Source: Octopus bimaculoides (lineage: Eukaryota). From it: a stretch of DNA of 63,717 bases. The number at the start of each line of letters is the position of its first letter. Position 1 is the stretch's first letter. The position numbers and the translations under genes are program-made. The notes beneath the pieces are model-generated. The model was not told the origin of the DNA, did not search any database, and saw nothing but the letters and a program-made list of their open reading frames with translations. Positions 12,710 through 25,078 of the stretch are shown here, piece by piece. The stretch covers positions 46,788,342 to 46,852,058 of the forward strand of contig NC_068982.1 in the NCBI RefSeq assembly GCF_001194135.2, read 5' to 3'.

Positions 12710-13110
12710 ATCATCATAATTGTTTAATGTTTGTTTCCCATGCTGGCACAGGTTAGATAGTTTGACTGAAACTGGTAAGCTGGAGAGCTGCACCAGGCTT
12801 CAGTCAGTTTTAACTTGGTTTCTATGGCCGGATGCCCTTCCTGACACCAACCACAGTGTGTATCAGGTGCCTTCTACATGTCACTGACATGACTGTTGTT
12901 TTGTATTACTGGTACAGGTGCCTTTTACATGTCACCTGCACTAGCCACAAGTAGCTCGATGTGTCATCTCAAGCACAACAAATCACCAAAGGTTTCAGTC
13001 ACTTGTCATCACTTCTGTGAGATCCAACATCCGAATATCATATTTCACTACCTTGTCCTATGTCTTCCTAGGTCTATCTCTTCCACAGAATCCCTCTACA
13101 GTTAGTGAGC
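12710..13110 (-). mobile_element. RTE-type LINE 3' end
   Basis: Reverse complement of the RTE tail plus GTGACAAGTGACTGAAACCTTTGG, homologous to 29090-29130. Confidence 0.65.
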
Positions 13111-13224
13111 AGCACTTCTTTATGACAGTATCTACTCAGTATATATACTAACAAATTATATAAAGGGTACTAATGCACTCTTCTAAACAGTATACTAATA
13201 CAGCATACCAGTCATTACATTAAT

Positions 13225-13680
13225 ATTGATTTCAAATTTTGGCACAAGGCCACCAATTTCAGGGGAGGGGAAAAGTCGATTACATCGATGCCAGTACTCA
13301 ACTGATACTTATTTTATTGACCTTGGGAGGATGAAAGGCAAAGTCAACCTTGGTGGAATTTGAACTCAGAATGCCAAGATGGACAAAATATTGCTAAGCA
13401 TTTTGCCTGGCCTGCTAACAATTCTGCCAGCTCACTGCCTTAGTCATTTCATTAACATAGCATTCTCATACAAGGTGACGAGCTGGCATAGTTTTTACAG
13501 CACAAGAGAAAGGACTTAGTGATTCTTTCTGGTTCTTTACATTCTGAGTCCAAATCTTACCGAGGTCAACCCTGTCATTCATCTCTCCGGGGGTGGTCGA
13601 AAAGAAAATAATTAGCAAGTACTGGGATCAATGCTATTGACTAAAACACTCTCCTCAAAACTGCTGGCTTTGTGCCAAAA
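13225..13680. mobile_element. Head-to-head pair of tRNA-derived SINEs (my family A)
   Basis: Minus copy about 13225-13445 and plus copy about 13475-13680, sharing GAGCTGGCAGAAT..TTAGCA / GAGTTCAAAT / GGTTGACTTTGCCTTTCATCC. Confidence 0.75.
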
Positions 13681-13996
13681 TCAGAAACAATTCTAATACA
13701 GTATAATAAGGAATATATTTAACATTATAACTCAGTCTAATACAAAATATTGAACAATATGTGAACACTAAATGTTTCACTACTAGTATGCTTACACAAC
13801 TTACTGAAAAGTATAATTCATTACAGCATTAGTATGTTAGGCACTTCACTAATACTGTATTCTAATTCAGTGTAACAAAAAGTATACTAACACACTATAA
13901 CAAACATTAAACTAACAATATACAAATACAGTATACTAAAGAAAGAATACTATACATACTATAGTAAACAATACACTAACACACACTGCTATTATT

Positions 13997-14047
<51 letters not shown>

Positions 14048-15269
14048 GCGTGTGTGTGTGTCTGTTTGTGCATCATATATATTTATCGTGTAGTTTCTTT
14101 GTTGAAAGTAAATCGCAATAGATGGACGACAACATGAAGTTATTTCTGGAAAGTAGTTTCTGGCCTGGAGTATTTGTACTTCTGAATTATTCTCAAAGAC
14201 CAATGAAATGTGTATGAGAGAGAGAGAGAGAGAGAGAGAGAAAAGACAGTAAGAGAGAAGGAGAGAGAGACAGACAGAAAAAGGAGTGAACAATGTAAAC
14301 ACAAGTATCTAAGGCTATATAACTGAAAATAGTGAATGGATGAGGGCAATGTACTAACCTGGTGTAGCTATACATTGTGTACTATCAACTAAACTACTAA
14401 TAACTGGCATTATCTATACTTTGAAATGGAACCAAAAGACCAGAGAGAAAGTATGTAGCCGTTTAATTGAAAAAAAAAAAAGAAAAAGAAAAAAGAAGAA
14501 AGAAAATTGAATAAATACATTCAAACATTACTCCATCAATATCTAATTAAACCTATCCATTTATAATGCACTGTTGAGCAATCTGTGATCATGTTAGAAA
14601 GGTAATTGGCCACCAGCTTCAAAGCTTAAGTCAATTTTAATGTAATTAAGTCTCTTTGGTCTTTACTTAGAATTATTAGTCAGTCTCTCTCTAAACACAG
14701 ACAAAATTTCACTTCCGACACACCATGGTTATTTTCAAACAAATGCAAACCTCCTATTTGAAGACAATGAAAAAAAAAACTGATTAATTAAAGCATATCT
14801 CAGAGGGTCCCATAACCCTGTTGTTGTTGTTGTTGTTGTTGTAATTGTTGGTTTTGTTGTTGTTGCTGTTGCCATTGAGGGTACTGCTGAAGAACTGATC
14901 TTCATACAATAATTCTAAAGAATATTACACTGGAATGGTTTTCCCAATCCTTTCACTATAAAAAGGAAAGATGTGTATATTGTAGACACAGTGGATTGGC
15001 AAAATCATTAGAAAAATCGATTAATGACATTCATTCCAGCTCATTATGTTTTGAATTCAAATCTTACCAAGAACAACATTTTGGAATCATGAAAATAAAA
15101 TACTAGTCAAGAACTGGGATCAATGGTCTTGACTCTCAAAATAGCTGGCGTTGTGCCTTAAGCATTTAAGCATCTATCCTGAGCACTAGAAAATGCACGA
15201 ATACATGCAGGCACAGACATGGCTGTGTGGTAAGAAGTTTGCTTTCCAACCATATTGAGTTTAGGGCAG

Positions 15270-15700
15270 CCAGCTGGCATAAGCATTATCATGTCAGGCA
15301 AAGTGCTTAATGACATTTCGTCTGACTTCACATTCTGAATTCAAATTTCACTGGGGTTGACTTTGCCTTTCATCCTTTCAGAGGTCAATAAAATATATAC
15401 CAGTTGAGCACTGGGGTCAATGTAATCGACTGACTCTTTACCCCAAAATTGCTGGCTTTGTGCCCAAGTTTGAAGCCATTATTAATGTTGGGTTTGAACG
15501 GTGGCAAACTGGCAGAATCATTAACATGCCAGAGAAAACAGCAGTATTTCATCTGTCTCTACATTCTGAGTTCAAATTCAACTTTGCCTTTTGTCCATTG
15601 GCGGTTGATGGAATAAATACCAGTTGAGCCCTTGGGTTGATGTAATTGATTAGACCCCCACCTCCCCTAAAAAATTTCAGACTTTGTACCTATTATGGAA
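15270..15700 (+). mobile_element. Two tandem family-A SINEs
   Basis: Family-A head and central ACTTTGCCTTT..ATCC..AATAAA.TACCAGTTGAGC motif occur twice. Confidence 0.7.
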
Positions 15701-16696
15701 AGGATTAATGTTGGGTTTGGAATATAAATTCACGTGAGACTTTGATGAACGTTTTAATTTATGACAGATTACATTAAAACAGCAAGTTTATACCATAGAA
15801 CTATGCTGCTCTCAGGCAGGTTGGTATCAAAAAGGTTAATATGCTAATGCTGTGCAATTTTGTGAAGTACTCAAGAAGGAATATTCCATCATGTGTGAAG
15901 ACAAAGTTTTTAATGGTATCAATACAATTCAGTAGATGGGCCTTGTGCCTAGAGTAGAAAAGAATACAATTCACTAGTTTATGGAACTCGTCACTCTCGT
16001 TATCTACCCCCTGCTGCCTTTCCCCAGATATAATTCAATAACTACATTTTATTCTATCTGCTGTGAGGTCTCCAGTTAAAAGTACTAAAATCTCCAATGA
16101 TATTAGTCTGTTTACACTGGCAACCAATAGAAGAATTCATGTATTTCCAAAACATCTGCTTCTAAGTAAAAAAAAAATTAAAAAAGTGAGAAACATGAAA
16201 AGAAAAACATGAAAAGGAAAATATGAGAACTCTTTAGTTCCTGATTTCATCATTCCTTTCCAATTTTCTCTTAATCTTTCAGTCTTTTACCTAGTACCAG
16301 TTAGCAATTGTTATAAAAAGAAGAATACAGAGCAAATTATAGCCTGGAAATATGGTAGGCATTGACACTAACAATTGCCATTAAAACAGCTCTCACTTCT
16401 AAAGAAAATAAAAATATCTCTCCATATTGATCAAAGTATCCTTCCCAAACCAGAGGAAATATGTCTCAACTGATTTTTACCTTTGCTTAACATTAACACT
16501 TAGATTAGTAAACAACACAGACTATTATTACATGCTCTGCTCTCTATTTGGTTTATCCTTCATCATAGCCATTATTTTCTTTTTTTTTTTGTCTCATTAT
16601 TTGCATTATCTTCGTTTTCCTTTTTATCCTCATTGATGGCATTAGTGGTGGTGTTCACATTATTATTATTATTATTATTATTATTAATTAATATTA

Positions 16697-17095
16697 AGGT
16701 GGCAAGCTAGCAGAATTGTTAGCATGCTGGGTGAGATGTTGTGCAGCATTTCATCCATCTTTATGTTTTGAGATCAAATTCAACCAAGGTCAACCTTGCC
16801 TTTTATCCTTTCAGGGTTGATGTAATCGACTAGTCCTCTCACACCAAATTTCAGGTCTTGTTTTTAATAGAAAGGATTAATTATTATCATTATTATTATT
16901 ATGAAAAAGGTGGCAAGCTGGAAGAATCATTAGCATGCTGGGTAGTAGCATTTCATCTGTCTTCACATTCAGGTCAACTTTGCCTTTCATCCTTTCGGGG
17001 GTCGATAAATTAAGTACCAGTGAAACACTGGAGTTGATGTAATCAACTAGTCCCCTTCCCACAAATTTCAAGCCTTGTGCCTATAGTAGAAAGAA
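16697..17095 (+). mobile_element. Two tandem family-A SINEs
   Basis: AAGGTGGCAAGCT.GCAGAAT at 16697 and 16908, separated by (ATT)n; ends CCTTGTGCCTATAGTAGAAAG. Confidence 0.8.
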
Positions 17096-17367
17096 TTATC
17101 AGACCATCATACAAAATATGCTGCAGTATATAATCATTTGATGTTATCATTTTGGATTCAAACTGCACAGAGGTTAGCTTTAGTTTTCATCATTTTAAGA
17201 CAGATACGATAAACACTCACCAAGTGTAGAGGCCAATTTAATCATCAACTGTTTTCTGCCCCACAATTCATGATCATGTCATTATGTTAGAAATCAATAT
17301 TAATTTTCTTTCATTTCATAATTGCTTTTTTAAATAAATAAATGGCTTTTTATTGAAGAATACTCAC

Positions 17368-17486
17368 TTGATAACTTTTCATGTCCATAACACGTTCAAG
17401 AGCAACGGAATAATCTGTCCAGTATAGTATCCAGTCATCATTTTCACCAACTTCCTTGAATCCAAATTTCTTTGTCATACGTCTAA
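17368..17486 (-). CDS. TTLL6: Internal exon (119 nt) of a TTLL6/TTLL13-type tubulin polyglutamylase
   Basis: Acceptor ttatttctttacatag and donor CAA|gtgagt. Translates (V)RRMTKKFGFKEVGENDDWILYWTDYSVALERVMDMKSYQ, matching the recalled TTLL6/13 segment ..DDWTLYWTDYSVSLERVMEMKSYQ that precedes KINHFPGM. TTLL6 versus TTLL13 cannot be resolved. Confidence 0.93.
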
Positions 17487-17583
17487 CTATGTAAAGAAAT
17501 AATATTAGGCTTGTTTTTGCTTTTTTTTTTTAAATCCAATTTTGTGATTACGTACACAAATACTGCAAGAAAATAAGAAATTA

Positions 17584-17608
17584 TTAATAATAATAATGAT
17601 AATAATAA

Positions 17609-17690
<82 letters not shown>

Positions 17691-17730
17691 AAGAAGAAGA
17701 AGAAGAAGAAAAAGAAGCAGAAGAAGAAGA
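17584..17730. repeat. (TAA)n(GAA)n compound trinucleotide repeat
   Basis: Read directly; forms the tail of the adjacent minus-strand SINE. Confidence 0.95.
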
Positions 17731-17731
17731 A

Positions 17732-18150
17732 TCCTTTCTACTATAGGCACAAGGCCTGAAATTTGCTGGAGGAGGGGGACTTGTCAATTGCATCCACCCA
17801 AATGTTTCATTGGTACTTAATTTATCAACCCCAAAAGGATGAAAAGCAAAGTCGATCTTGGTGGAATTTGAACTCAGAATGTAGCAGCAGGTGAAGTACT
17901 GCTAAGCATTTTGCCCAGCATGCTAACGATTCTGCTAATCCTTTCTAATATAGGCACAAGGCCTGAAATTTTGGGGGCAGATGCTAGTTGATTATATTGA
18001 CCCAGTACTTGTCTGGTACTTATTTTATTGACCCCTAAAAAAGATGAAAGGCAAAGTCGACCTTGACCGAATTTGAATTCAGAACATAAAGGTGGACAAA
18101 ATGCCACTAAACATTTTGTTTGGAACACTAATGATTCTGCCAGCTTGCCA
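17732..18150 (-). mobile_element. Two tandem family-A SINEs, minus strand
   Basis: Reverse complements of the family-A sequence at about 17732-17940 and 17945-18150. Confidence 0.8.
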
Positions 18151-18158
18151 CCATTACA

Positions 18159-18189
<31 letters not shown>

Positions 18190-18269
18190 CAATGACGACG
18201 ATGACAATAATGATGAGGAGGAGGAAGGGGAGGAGAAGGTGGAAGAGAGAAGGAAGAAGGGGAATTGGA

Positions 18270-18540
18270 AGAGGAGGAACCCTCATAATCAACATATCAG
18301 TCCCAACAGATGATAATGAATCTGTCGAAGAGATGGAGAAATTATCTAAATGTAAAGACCTGGAAATAGAGATAATCCAAATGGAGTGCCTCAAAAATTT
18401 CATCTATTCCAATATTAACAGATGCTTTGGGAATGATCAGAAAACATGCAGACAAATACATTAGTGAAACACCTGCACTTACAAATACACACAACATTCA
18501 GATAAGAACACAACTAAGCAATGTACACATATTATATTGG
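18270..18540 (+). mobile_element. 3' end of an RLE-type (R4/NeSL-like) non-LTR retrotransposon
   Basis: IINISVPTDDNESVEEMEKLSKCKDLEIEIIQM followed by IPILTDALGMIRKHADKYI resembles the D..VP.D...E.EK..KY.DL..EI / VP...GALG restriction-like endonuclease C-terminus. Confidence 0.7.
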
Positions 18541-18574
18541 GTCATTTCCCTATAATGTAGTATGGGTGCTGGCA

Positions 18575-18965
18575 TGGATGTGTGGTAAGAAGTTTGTTTC
18601 CGAATAACATGGCTCTGGGCTCAGTCCCACTGTGTGGCACCTTGGGCAAATATTTTTATCTACAGCCTTAGGTTGAACAAAGCCTTGTGAGTGGATTTGG
18701 TAGATGAAAACTGAAAGAAACCCGTTGTGTGTGTGTGTGTGTGTCTTTGTGTTGGAGGATGTCTCCCACCACTGCTTGACAACCCGATCTTGGTGTGTTT
18801 ACATCCCCGTAACTTAGTGGTTCAGCAAAAGAGACCAATAGAATGAGTACCAGGCTTAAAAAGAGAGAAAGAAGTACTGAGGTCAATTCGTTCAACTAAA
18901 AATTCTTCAAGGCAGTGCCCCAGCATGGCCACAATCTAATGGCTGAAACAAGTAAAAGGTAAAAG
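18575..18965 (+). mobile_element. tRNA-derived SINE with internal (GT)n (my family B)
   Basis: GTGTGGTAAGAAGTTTG...TCAGTCCCACTG.GTGGCACCTTGGGCAA...GTGGATTTGGTAGA...GACTGAAACAAGTAAAAG. Other copies at about 22865-23235(-), 23960-24350(-), 56925-57315(+), 60625-61075(-). Confidence 0.85.
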
Positions 18966-19499
18966 GTAGTACCAAAATACCAAAACCAAAACAAAATACT
19001 GCACATGCCAAAGTGCACAGAACCACATTTGGTAGAGCAGTAAAAGCACGCAATAAAACTATGATAATTGAATAACAAGAACAGTGTCAACCTCAAGACT
19101 GTTTCTAACAGAGACACCAACAGATTCTGACATGAATATGCTAATCACTGTTACGTTTTATTATTGGGAACCAGCATCTCCTCTCAGATTCCCTACTGCA
19201 TGCCAGGGCCAATTTTAAGCCAATTAGATTTGTTCAAACTAGATCCCACACCAAGAAAGTGCCCCATGCACACGCTAAAGTAGAGCACTCAATGATGAAA
19301 TTTTAGTATATCATTGTGGCTAATGGTTGAGCATCAATACTTTTTGATTGGCTAATGGTTGATGCTGAACACTTTTTAACTAAGACATCAATCTTCAGCT
19401 CTTAAAGAGTAGAGAACCCCACTGATAATTCTTTACCTGGGCCTTGCACCTCCAAGTGCCAGCTCTACTGCACACAAAAATTTATTATCAGTAATCAGA

Positions 19500-20330
19500 T
19501 ATCAGCATGCATAAACAAATAATTTGTTTGTTGAAGGTACAAACAAGAATGAAAAACGGGCTGGACTCATTAACATGGTGTAGATTTGGTTGAGAAGATA
19601 TAACAAAGTCAAAAGACCAGGCATCACAAAGTCATCACTATCAAAATGAATTGAGTGTGTTATGAACAAACAATCATCTGAAAGAAGTTGTTCTCTGATG
19701 ATGAAGTACAACAGTGATTAACATATTCATATTCTTATTTGCTGAAATGTCTTAAGAATTAATATGTTTGTCATCACTAGGGTGGCGAGGTGGCAGAATC
19801 GTTAGCATGCTGGGCAAAATGCTGAGCAGCATTTGGTTTATCTTTACTTTCTAAGTTCAAACACCACCAAGGTCAACTTTTCTTCTCCTCCTTTCAACAC
19901 TAATCAAATAAATATCAGTTGAGCACTGGAGAATCAGTGTAATTGACTTGCCCACTTCCCTGAAACTGCTGGCTTTGTGTCAGAATTTGAAACCAATATA
20001 TTTGTCGTTATTTTGATTCTTGCTGTTAACTATGTGCATCATGATTTATTATTGCTTTGCCAACATTTGCATGCATTAGCAAATAATTTGTTTACCGAAT
20101 GTATAAACAAGAGCTAAAAACTCTTGTCTGGGTTAGCTAATTTAACTGAGGAGACATAACAAAGTCAAAACACAGGGTGTCTCAAAGTCCTCTTACTGTA
20201 ATGAATCAAGTGTGTTATGAGCACACCTTCCGAATGAAGCTGTTCTCCACCAATGAGATGCAATAGTGATTAACATATTCACATTTGAATTTGCTAGAAC
20301 ATATTAAGAATGAATATATATCATCATTCT
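19500..20330. repeat. Pair of diverged ~270-bp direct repeats split by a family-A SINE
   Basis: 19500-19770 and 20060-20330 share CAAATAATTTGTTT, ATAACAAAGTCAAAA, GTGTGTTATGA and AGTGATTAACATATTCA; SINE at about 19782-19995. Confidence 0.7.
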
Positions 20331-20717
20331 GATTCTCACAGTTCACCATGTACATGACAATATCTTATCAAATGTGTAGTCTTTATAAAATGAAAGAGAT
20401 AGAGAGAGATCCAATTGCTAATAGAATGGATTTTCTATTGAGTAGTTCCTGTATCCTCTTCACCAATTAGTGAAACGTTGCCTGACACACTAAGTCATTA
20501 AATGCTTTCAGATGGATTTCCAAGTTAATCACATTTTTATGATATGCAAAGAGATTGTTTTGCTATCATTACAGAAGAAACAGATGCATCTTTCAATTGT
20601 ATTTCTTAGTTTATTTATCGAAGTTTTTAAGAAAAACTTTTGATTAGATTTCATTGAAGACTTAAGCTTTAAAACTGAAATATAATTAAAGTTCAAGTTT
20701 ATTTTGCATAATGATGA

Positions 20718-21380
20718 CACGTAGTATATTTACAGAACAACAATATTTGAAAACAAGCACACCTTCAGCTTTAGACACTGGGATAAAAAGAAAACAACCA
20801 AATTATCCAGTTATATATGGTCCTTAAAAGAAAAAGGTGTCAGCTATAAGATTCACTGGAAGATCTTGGCCAAGTCTAAGCCTTACACCAACGGCAGTGG
20901 AAAGTGCAGTCTTTGCGATATACCAGGAAAAATTTTACCCAACGTATCGAGTAAGAATAGTCCAATGAGATAGCATTTGCCTGCTCCATCATATGATCCC
21001 ATGCTCACATCGAAGGCACCCTCTGTATTGGTTGTCTTAACCCACTCTGCATGGTATATATTTTGCCATTTACAAAGATGATGCTCTAGCTTTAACCACA
21101 AACACTAATGGACCAGCACAAGATTGGTTTAGGAAGGACATTATCCAAATGATGAAAACATTCGATCTTAGCATAACAATAGGTACCAATCTGATGGTTG
21201 TCAATTTCCTAGATGTTTCTTTAGATTTAAATAAGAATATTTATAAACCCTATAGAAAGCCCAACGATAGACTTAGCTTATATTATGTAGGTTCCTGCCA
21301 TCACCCCATAGTTTATAAGAATTTAGTTAAAAACATTAGCAACTGAATTTCTAACCTCTCCTTCAATATAAACATTTTAA
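20718..21380. mobile_element. Scrambled Penelope-like element (GIY-YIG piece +, RT piece -, RT piece +)
   Basis: 20718-20920(+) TTKLSSYIWSLKEKGVSYKIHWKILAKSKPYTNGSGKCSLC; 20921-21100(-) AFDVSMGSYDGAGKCYLIGLFLL; 21100-21380(+) GPAQDWFRKDII..VVNFLDVSLDLNKNIYKPYRKPND. Confidence 0.85.
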
Positions 21381-21429
21381 ACACCAGACCATATGGTTTC
21401 AATTTCTTTATGGCCATCCTTGGTGACAG

Positions 21430-21845
21430 ATAATCTTCTGCTTTGATCTCTTATAGAAATTTTCTTAACTAGCTAATTTGCTTGTTGCAAGATCAGCAAC
21501 TGTGTGTCATTTATTTCCTATATATTGCAAGCTGGAGTGAATTAATGCTATTGCTTCTGAACAAGTATCCATCATTGAGGATGACTATAAAGAGGTTGAA
21601 ACTGTTCAGTCTGGTGGTCTTGTGGCTGAAATAGAAAAGAATTCTCTCCCCGCTTGCAATGTATATAAAGTGCAATGTGCACTGAATAATCAGCTGGAGG
21701 AGGCATCCTCCTGGGGGTTAAAATAGCAGTATCATCAGTTCCTAGGGAACACTCATGTTTAGGTGACATTAAACACTACTTCTCAGTATAAATACTGCTT
21801 TGATCTCTTGTATAGATTTTCCTAACTAGCTAATTTGCTTGTTAT
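21430..21845 (+). repeat. ~357-bp unit with terminal redundancy and a degenerate hammerhead-like motif
   Basis: CTGCTTTGATCTCTT...AACTAGCTAATTTGCTTGTT at 21438 and 21795; motif at 21569-21617; homologous to 27840-28260. Confidence 0.65.
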
Positions 21846-23067
21846 ATGTATATATATACATACGTACATACACATAGGTACACACACACACACACACACA
21901 CACATGTGGACTATTAAACCTATATGAGTTTTACTAGTGGTGGGTGTATTATAAACTACGTTGTTAATTAAGCTATTCTAAAGAGTAGGTATTCATACTA
22001 ACACAATTACAATTTGCACTATGGCAACTGCCAACGTAATTAGTGAATAAAAGTTTACACACACTTGCGCATGCGCACACGCACACACACACACACACAC
22101 ACACAGGTAAATAGATAAATACATACAAAAACACATAGAGAGACAGATATAGACAGATAGGCAGGCAGATATGTATGTATGTACGTATGTATGTATGTAT
22201 GTATGTACGTATGTATGTATGTTTGCATGTATTAATGTATGAAAGTATATAAAATGTGTGGACATATGTATGTTTGTATCTTTAAAATTTTTATGTAGAA
22301 ATATTCACATACATACACTATTTAAATGTTCACATACATATACTATTTAAATGCTTGCACATATCTCAGGGGTAAGTTTGCAAATGTATCATCCACAGAT
22401 TGCATTTATTTATGAACTTTTCCAATTTATTATAATCTATAATTATTGATCTAATTAGGTATCTATTTACTGCATATTATTCAATTAGCTATCCATTTCT
22501 TTATCTATATAGTTATGTATTCACATGTTTATTATTCCAGTAAATGTGTATACATTTTAAATATTGATTATGAAGCAATTTCATATGAGTGTGTTTTACT
22601 TAAAATAAAATTATGTCGTTTGGTTATACTGTCTGTCTCTAAATGTTTGACGTCATATTTTGCCATGAAATAATTTTCTCTGTCATGAATCAAGCTCATT
22701 TTAAACATTGGAATCCCACCCACAAAATATTCTGAAATAATTACGCTGCATCTAGACTCAAAGTATTCTGTTTTTAATGAGCTATTGAATTAGCAACAGT
22801 AGAATTTCTCTGCTAAAACATTACATTTATAAAATACAACTACATATAATCTTTTAACTTTCTCTTTTACTTGTTTCAGTCATTAGACTGTGGCCATGCT
22901 GGGGCACTGCCTTGAAGGATTCTTAGTTGAATGAATCAAACCCAGTAATTAAATTTCTTGCTAAGCCTGGTACTTATTCTAGCGGTCTGTTTTGACAAAC
23001 CACTAAGTTATGGGGACACAAACACACCAACACCATTGTGAAGTGGTGGTGGGGGACACAGACACAA

Positions 23068-23110
<43 letters not shown>

Positions 23111-23269
23111 CAACAGGCTTCTTCTAGTTTCCATCTACCAAATCCACTCACAAGGCTTTGGCCAGCCTGGGGCTATAGTAGAAGAGACTGAACCCAAAAC
23201 CATGTGGTTAGGAAGCAAGCTTCTTACCATGCAGCCACGTTATATATATATGCTATATATATTGGCTAT

Positions 23270-23790
23270 ATATTGTTAACATCATAACATTTTTTTAACT
23301 TTGGGAATATGAATAATTCTTTCTAAGAATAGTGAATCTTGAAACAATTAAAGGTATAAATAATAGCAAGTAAATATAGGGTTAAAAACACTTTGGATAG
23401 AAAAAAAAGAATTGAAGACTTCCCATGGGACTCAAACTCACAACTTCTGTAAGCATGTCAGATGTTGTACCACTTGACCAAAGCAGTCCTTTGAAGTTCT
23501 CTGTCCATTGTAGAAACTTTATTGTTACCAATGGTTATTGTATGTTGTTGACATCATAAAACTTTTAAAACTTTGGAAATTTGAAATAATTCTTTTTAAA
23601 GAACAGTGAATGTCAAATCAAATAAAGCTGTAGTAAGAGTGGATCAATATCAGGTTAAAAACTCTTTGAATAAAACCAAAGTTAAAAGTTTCCTACGGAG
23701 CTTGAACACACATCTCTTGTGAATATGACAAATGTTCTACCACTGGACCAATGAAATCAGTCAAATTTCTCTATCTTTCACTGAGTGGGA
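23270..23790 (-). repeat. Diverged tandem dimer (period ~272 bp), each unit with a tRNA-like cassette
   Basis: CATCATAA at 23280 and 23552; minus-strand A boxes TGGTCAAGTGGT and TGGTCCAGTGGT with B-box-like GTTTGAGTCCC and GTTCAAGCTCC. Confidence 0.7.
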
Positions 23791-24348
23791 ATGTTCTGGG
23801 TTGACTCTAGTTTTAACACCTCTTTAATCTTAAGCATGGTTTTTTTTTCTCCCTTACAGATTGCAGTGAAAATCATTTGGAGGTTCACATGTCTCCTAAA
23901 CATATTTGAACTGATCTTCAGTTTACATATACATGTATTATGCATATATGTACCTTTTATCTTGTTTTAGTCATTAGACCGTGGCCATGCTTGGGCACCA
24001 CCTTCAGAGAATTTTAGTCAAATAAATCGACCCTAGGACTTACTTTCATTTTAAGCCTAGTGCATATTATATGGGTTTCTCTTGCTAAACTGCTAAGCTA
24101 CAGGGACATAAACACGCCAACACTGGTTGTCAAACAGTGGGGGGGGGGGGGCAAACACAGACATAAAGACACACACATATATATATCTATACATGACGGG
24201 ATTCTTTCAGTTTCCACCTACCAAATCCACTCGCAAAGATATGGTTGGTCCGCGGTTATAGTAGAAGACACTTGCCCAAGTTGCTATGCAGTGGGAATGA
24301 ACCTGGAACCATGTGGTCAGGAAGAAAACTTCTTACCACGCCTGCACC

Positions 24349-24383
<35 letters not shown>

Positions 24384-24456
24384 AAAATTCTGTATAAATA
24401 TATGATGGTAGTCTCCTGAAGGGCAGTTTATGGATCCCATAAACTCACCTTCCCCA

Positions 24457-24503
<47 letters not shown>

Positions 24504-25078
24504 CACACACACATATACATATATCGCTTAATGGTTAAGGTGTTGCACTCACAGCTGTTAGATCAGGGTTTCAATTCCTAGTCCGGATCATGTTTTGTGT
24601 TCTTGAGCAAAATACTTCATTTGATGTTGCTCTGCTATCACTTCAACACCTAAGGTATAGTTTGAGTATAGTTCTATTGGTCAACTGTGACAAATTCATA
24701 AGCAAGAAAACTATTTGTCAACATCAGGGAGTGGAACGCACAATTTCCTGTAATTTGGACCACTTCATGATCACAGCAGACAAAATGGAAACGGCGTTGC
24801 TCTGGAGGATGATGAGAAAGACATGCTGGAACAGCCATTCTGACTCATGGGGCTTGCACTTGAAGATAACGATCTCTGCTCTGATAGTGGTGAGCAGAGA
24901 TATAGTGTAAGGAATGAGAATGCCAGAGGTCTCCACTGCCATTGTTCAACAAGAAATTGCAGATCAGTTTTTCTCAGACAATGAGAGACTACTATCAATA
25001 TATATTATGTATGTATATATACTGTGTGTATACGTATATATATCATCATCATCATTTAACATCTGCTTTTCATGCTAG

